DNA of 64,000 nucleotides. Source: Vicugna vicugna. Lineage: Eukaryota. How positions within the stretch are numbered: position 1 is the stretch's first letter; every line of letters starts with the position of its first letter. The stretch is from the NCBI GenBank assembly GCA_013265495.1, contig MU062133.1:10146182-10210181 (forward strand). Reading direction: 5' to 3'. A program made the translations under genes and the position numbers. The notes beneath the pieces were generated by a model, which was given only the letters and a program-made list of their open reading frames with translations, was not told the DNA's origin and made no database searches. Shown here one piece after another: positions 62,080 through 64,000 of the stretch.

Positions 62080-63042
62080 CCCTTCCTGAACAACCTTGTA
62101 CCCAGAAATGCGGGATCCACCCCGGGGCATCGCCTGCCTTTGGCCAATGATCTCAGCACGTTGTTCAGCATGGGACCGAATTGTGCGGACGGAGGAGGGC
62201 AGACCAGGGTGCACAGCTGCCGTCCTGGGCACAGTGATGCTCTGGCAGGTCTTGGCCCCGGTCCCGTGTCAGCACACAGATGCTGTGAACTGACCCAGCC
62301 TCTCTCACGGGCCTTGGAGAGCTCTTGGCAGAACTGGCTGTAATTCCCCAGTGTGGGGATTACCAGAACCGAGGGTGCCGACCTGGCACCTGTGGGTGGG
62401 GAAGAGGGGCTCCAGCCCTCCCTCTTTGGATGCCTGACGGGGCGGGAGCTGTGCCCAGGGCCCAGCCAGAGAAAAGCAGGAAGCTTTCTATTCTGTTTGT
62501 TTTCACCTCACTGAGTTCAGAAAGGACTGAAGGTGACTTAAAAGGATACTGTAAGACAATGTAAACCAAAAGCAGGAGAGAGACAAACAAGTGTAGGGGC
62601 GGGAAGTGGCACAGGGCATGCTGCCTCGGGGAAGCCACACCTGGGAAGTCCCCATGTCTGCTAGAGGTGGGTCACAGATTTACCTCCAGGCTTGGCAGTG
62701 CCTTTTTTTTTATTTTATTTTTTATTGAAGTGTAGTTGATTTACAATGTTAATTTCAGGTGTACAGTAAAGCGATTCAGTTATACATATGCATGCATAGA
62801 TGTCTTTTCAGAACTTTCCATTATATGTTATTGTAAGAAATTGAACATGGTTCCCTGTGCTATACAGTAGGTCCTTGTGTACACATAGTAATGTGTATCT
62901 GTTAATCCCAAACTCCTGATTTATCCCTCCCTCGCCGTTTCCCCTTGGGTAACCATAGTTTGTTTTCTATGTCCCTGAGTCTGTTTTGGGTTTGTAAATA
63001 CAATTTGTATTGGCAGTGCCTTTGACCTTGCCTCCTGTTGGA
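62080..63042 (-). repeat. Inverted repeat, right arm (interrupted near its outer tip by L1)
   Basis: 62080-62702 pairs with 55373-56010; after the L1, 63010-63042 (ttggcagtgcctttgaccttgcctcctgttgga) pairs with 55350-55382. Confidence 0.95.
62703..63009 (-). mobile_element. 5'-truncated artiodactyl-type L1 3' end
   Basis: Poly-T then ttattgaagtgtagttgatttacaatg...ggttccctgtgctatacagtaggtcc...ttttctatgtccctgagtctgtttt; TSD TTGGCAGTGCC(TTT) at 62692 and 63010. Confidence 0.95.
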
Positions 63043-64000
63043 TGGGGATGCCAGTGACTAATGTGAGACATCTACCTCTTGCTTATCCCAAAAGGAGAGG
63101 CACATCCCCTTGTTCCATGGGGCTGGTACTTTCTCCCGCTCCAGCAGCTTCAATCTGAGACCCCGCAGGAAGCTCTCTCTTCCAGGCTGGCTCTTCCAGC
63201 TCATCGGGATGAGACTTCCTGTGCCATTGAAGACAGACTGACAGAAAACAAAACTATCATTTAAGGAGGGGGCATTGTCAGCCCCAGCAGTCAAAGGAGT
63301 GAGAGAAATCGGCTTTTTTCACAAGGCAGAGAGCGTGGCATTTCCGTGGGCTGTGACAGCACGTACAACCTTCCGACAGCCCCTGAGGAACGCTGCTCTA
63401 TTACGCGTGTGCTCACGTGTAATTTGTCCTCCTGCTCTCGGTGATGGGGTGCTTCGGGCTGCTGAGCGATGTGCCGCAGAGGAGGAGCGGACACCTGCTG
63501 GGTCTGCTCTGGTCCTTCTCCCCCTGCTCCAGGGAGCCCCGGCGATGATCAGCCCTGACACGGGAACCTGCTCCCACAGATCTCCAGGGAAGGAAATTCC
63601 ATCAGCTCCCAGAGTCCCCGTTCCGGTGGCTCCTACTGTAGGCTTTTCTTCTATCTGACCTAAATCTCCCTTGTTGAAATTTAAGCCCATTTTCCCTTGT
63701 TTTGTTTTGAGTGGAAGTGGAGAAGAGATGGTCCCCAGCAGCCTCCTAAAGCAGGGTGGGTCAGAAGTCCTTTGTACCTCCTGCCACGCAGGAGCATTCT
63801 CAGAAACCGGCTCTGTTGAATCCTCCTCTGAAGTCTCAGAACAGCTTGCACATTGAGGCAGGAGACCATTCTCCATCCCGGGGGAGCCCTGGTGGTGGCA
63901 GAGGCCCCCCCGCCCCATGCACAATGCTGAGGTAGCCCCTGAGGATGCTGAGTAAGCCGGGGGAGAAGCCAGGAGAGATGGGCGTGTGAGTGGATCAGCC

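Noticed and set aside
63505-63640. Strong polypyrimidine acceptor at 63532 followed by an open frame
   Set aside because: No good donor and the peptide is unrecognisable
63319-63924. Longest gap-free ORF (201 aa, minus strand)
   Set aside because: No recognisable domain, composition typical of GC-rich non-coding DNA, and no supporting exon structure
1-64000. CRISPR arrays, operons, tRNA/rRNA or other prokaryote-type systems
   Set aside because: The sequence is eutherian (MIR/L2/L1/MaLR content); no regularly spaced repeat-spacer array or structured RNA gene was seen

Overview
Eutherian non-coding DNA, roughly 50% GC with AT-rich L1 patches and four N-gaps. It looks like a large intron or an enhancer-rich gene desert. 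I find no supportable protein-coding exon, RNA gene or CRISPR array; the only ORFs with recognisable protein content are L2 retrotransposon relics, one carrying GVPEG...YADD reverse-transcriptase motifs. Interspersed repeats dominate: MIR, L2, old L1M, MLT1/LTR16/LTR33-type LTRs, MER5/MER20/MER58/MER46C and other DNA transposons, plus three younger artiodactyl-type L1 3' ends. No lineage-specific SINE is visible, which points tentatively to a camelid. The most unusual structure is an inverted repeat with ~650-bp arms (55350-56010 vs 62080-63042) flanking a ~6-kb spacer. Its core has 180-bp and 125-bp perfect-identity tracts, but its inner edge is only ~80% identical, as expected from arm-to-arm gene conversion or a flippable segment. 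A MER5 element and an L1 insertion give the duplication a direction and a relative age. The spacer carries a dense RFX X-box cluster, a SOX/FOX/homeobox block and a 65-bp Z-DNA-prone tract, and a 199-bp direct duplication lies just upstream. Several motif-dense unique blocks are candidate enhancers (CUT/ONECUT, PBX-HOX, YY1+CRE, CRE/E-box, small CpG patches). Repeat family names come from my recall of consensus sequences, not from a RepeatMasker run, and most repeat boundaries are approximate.
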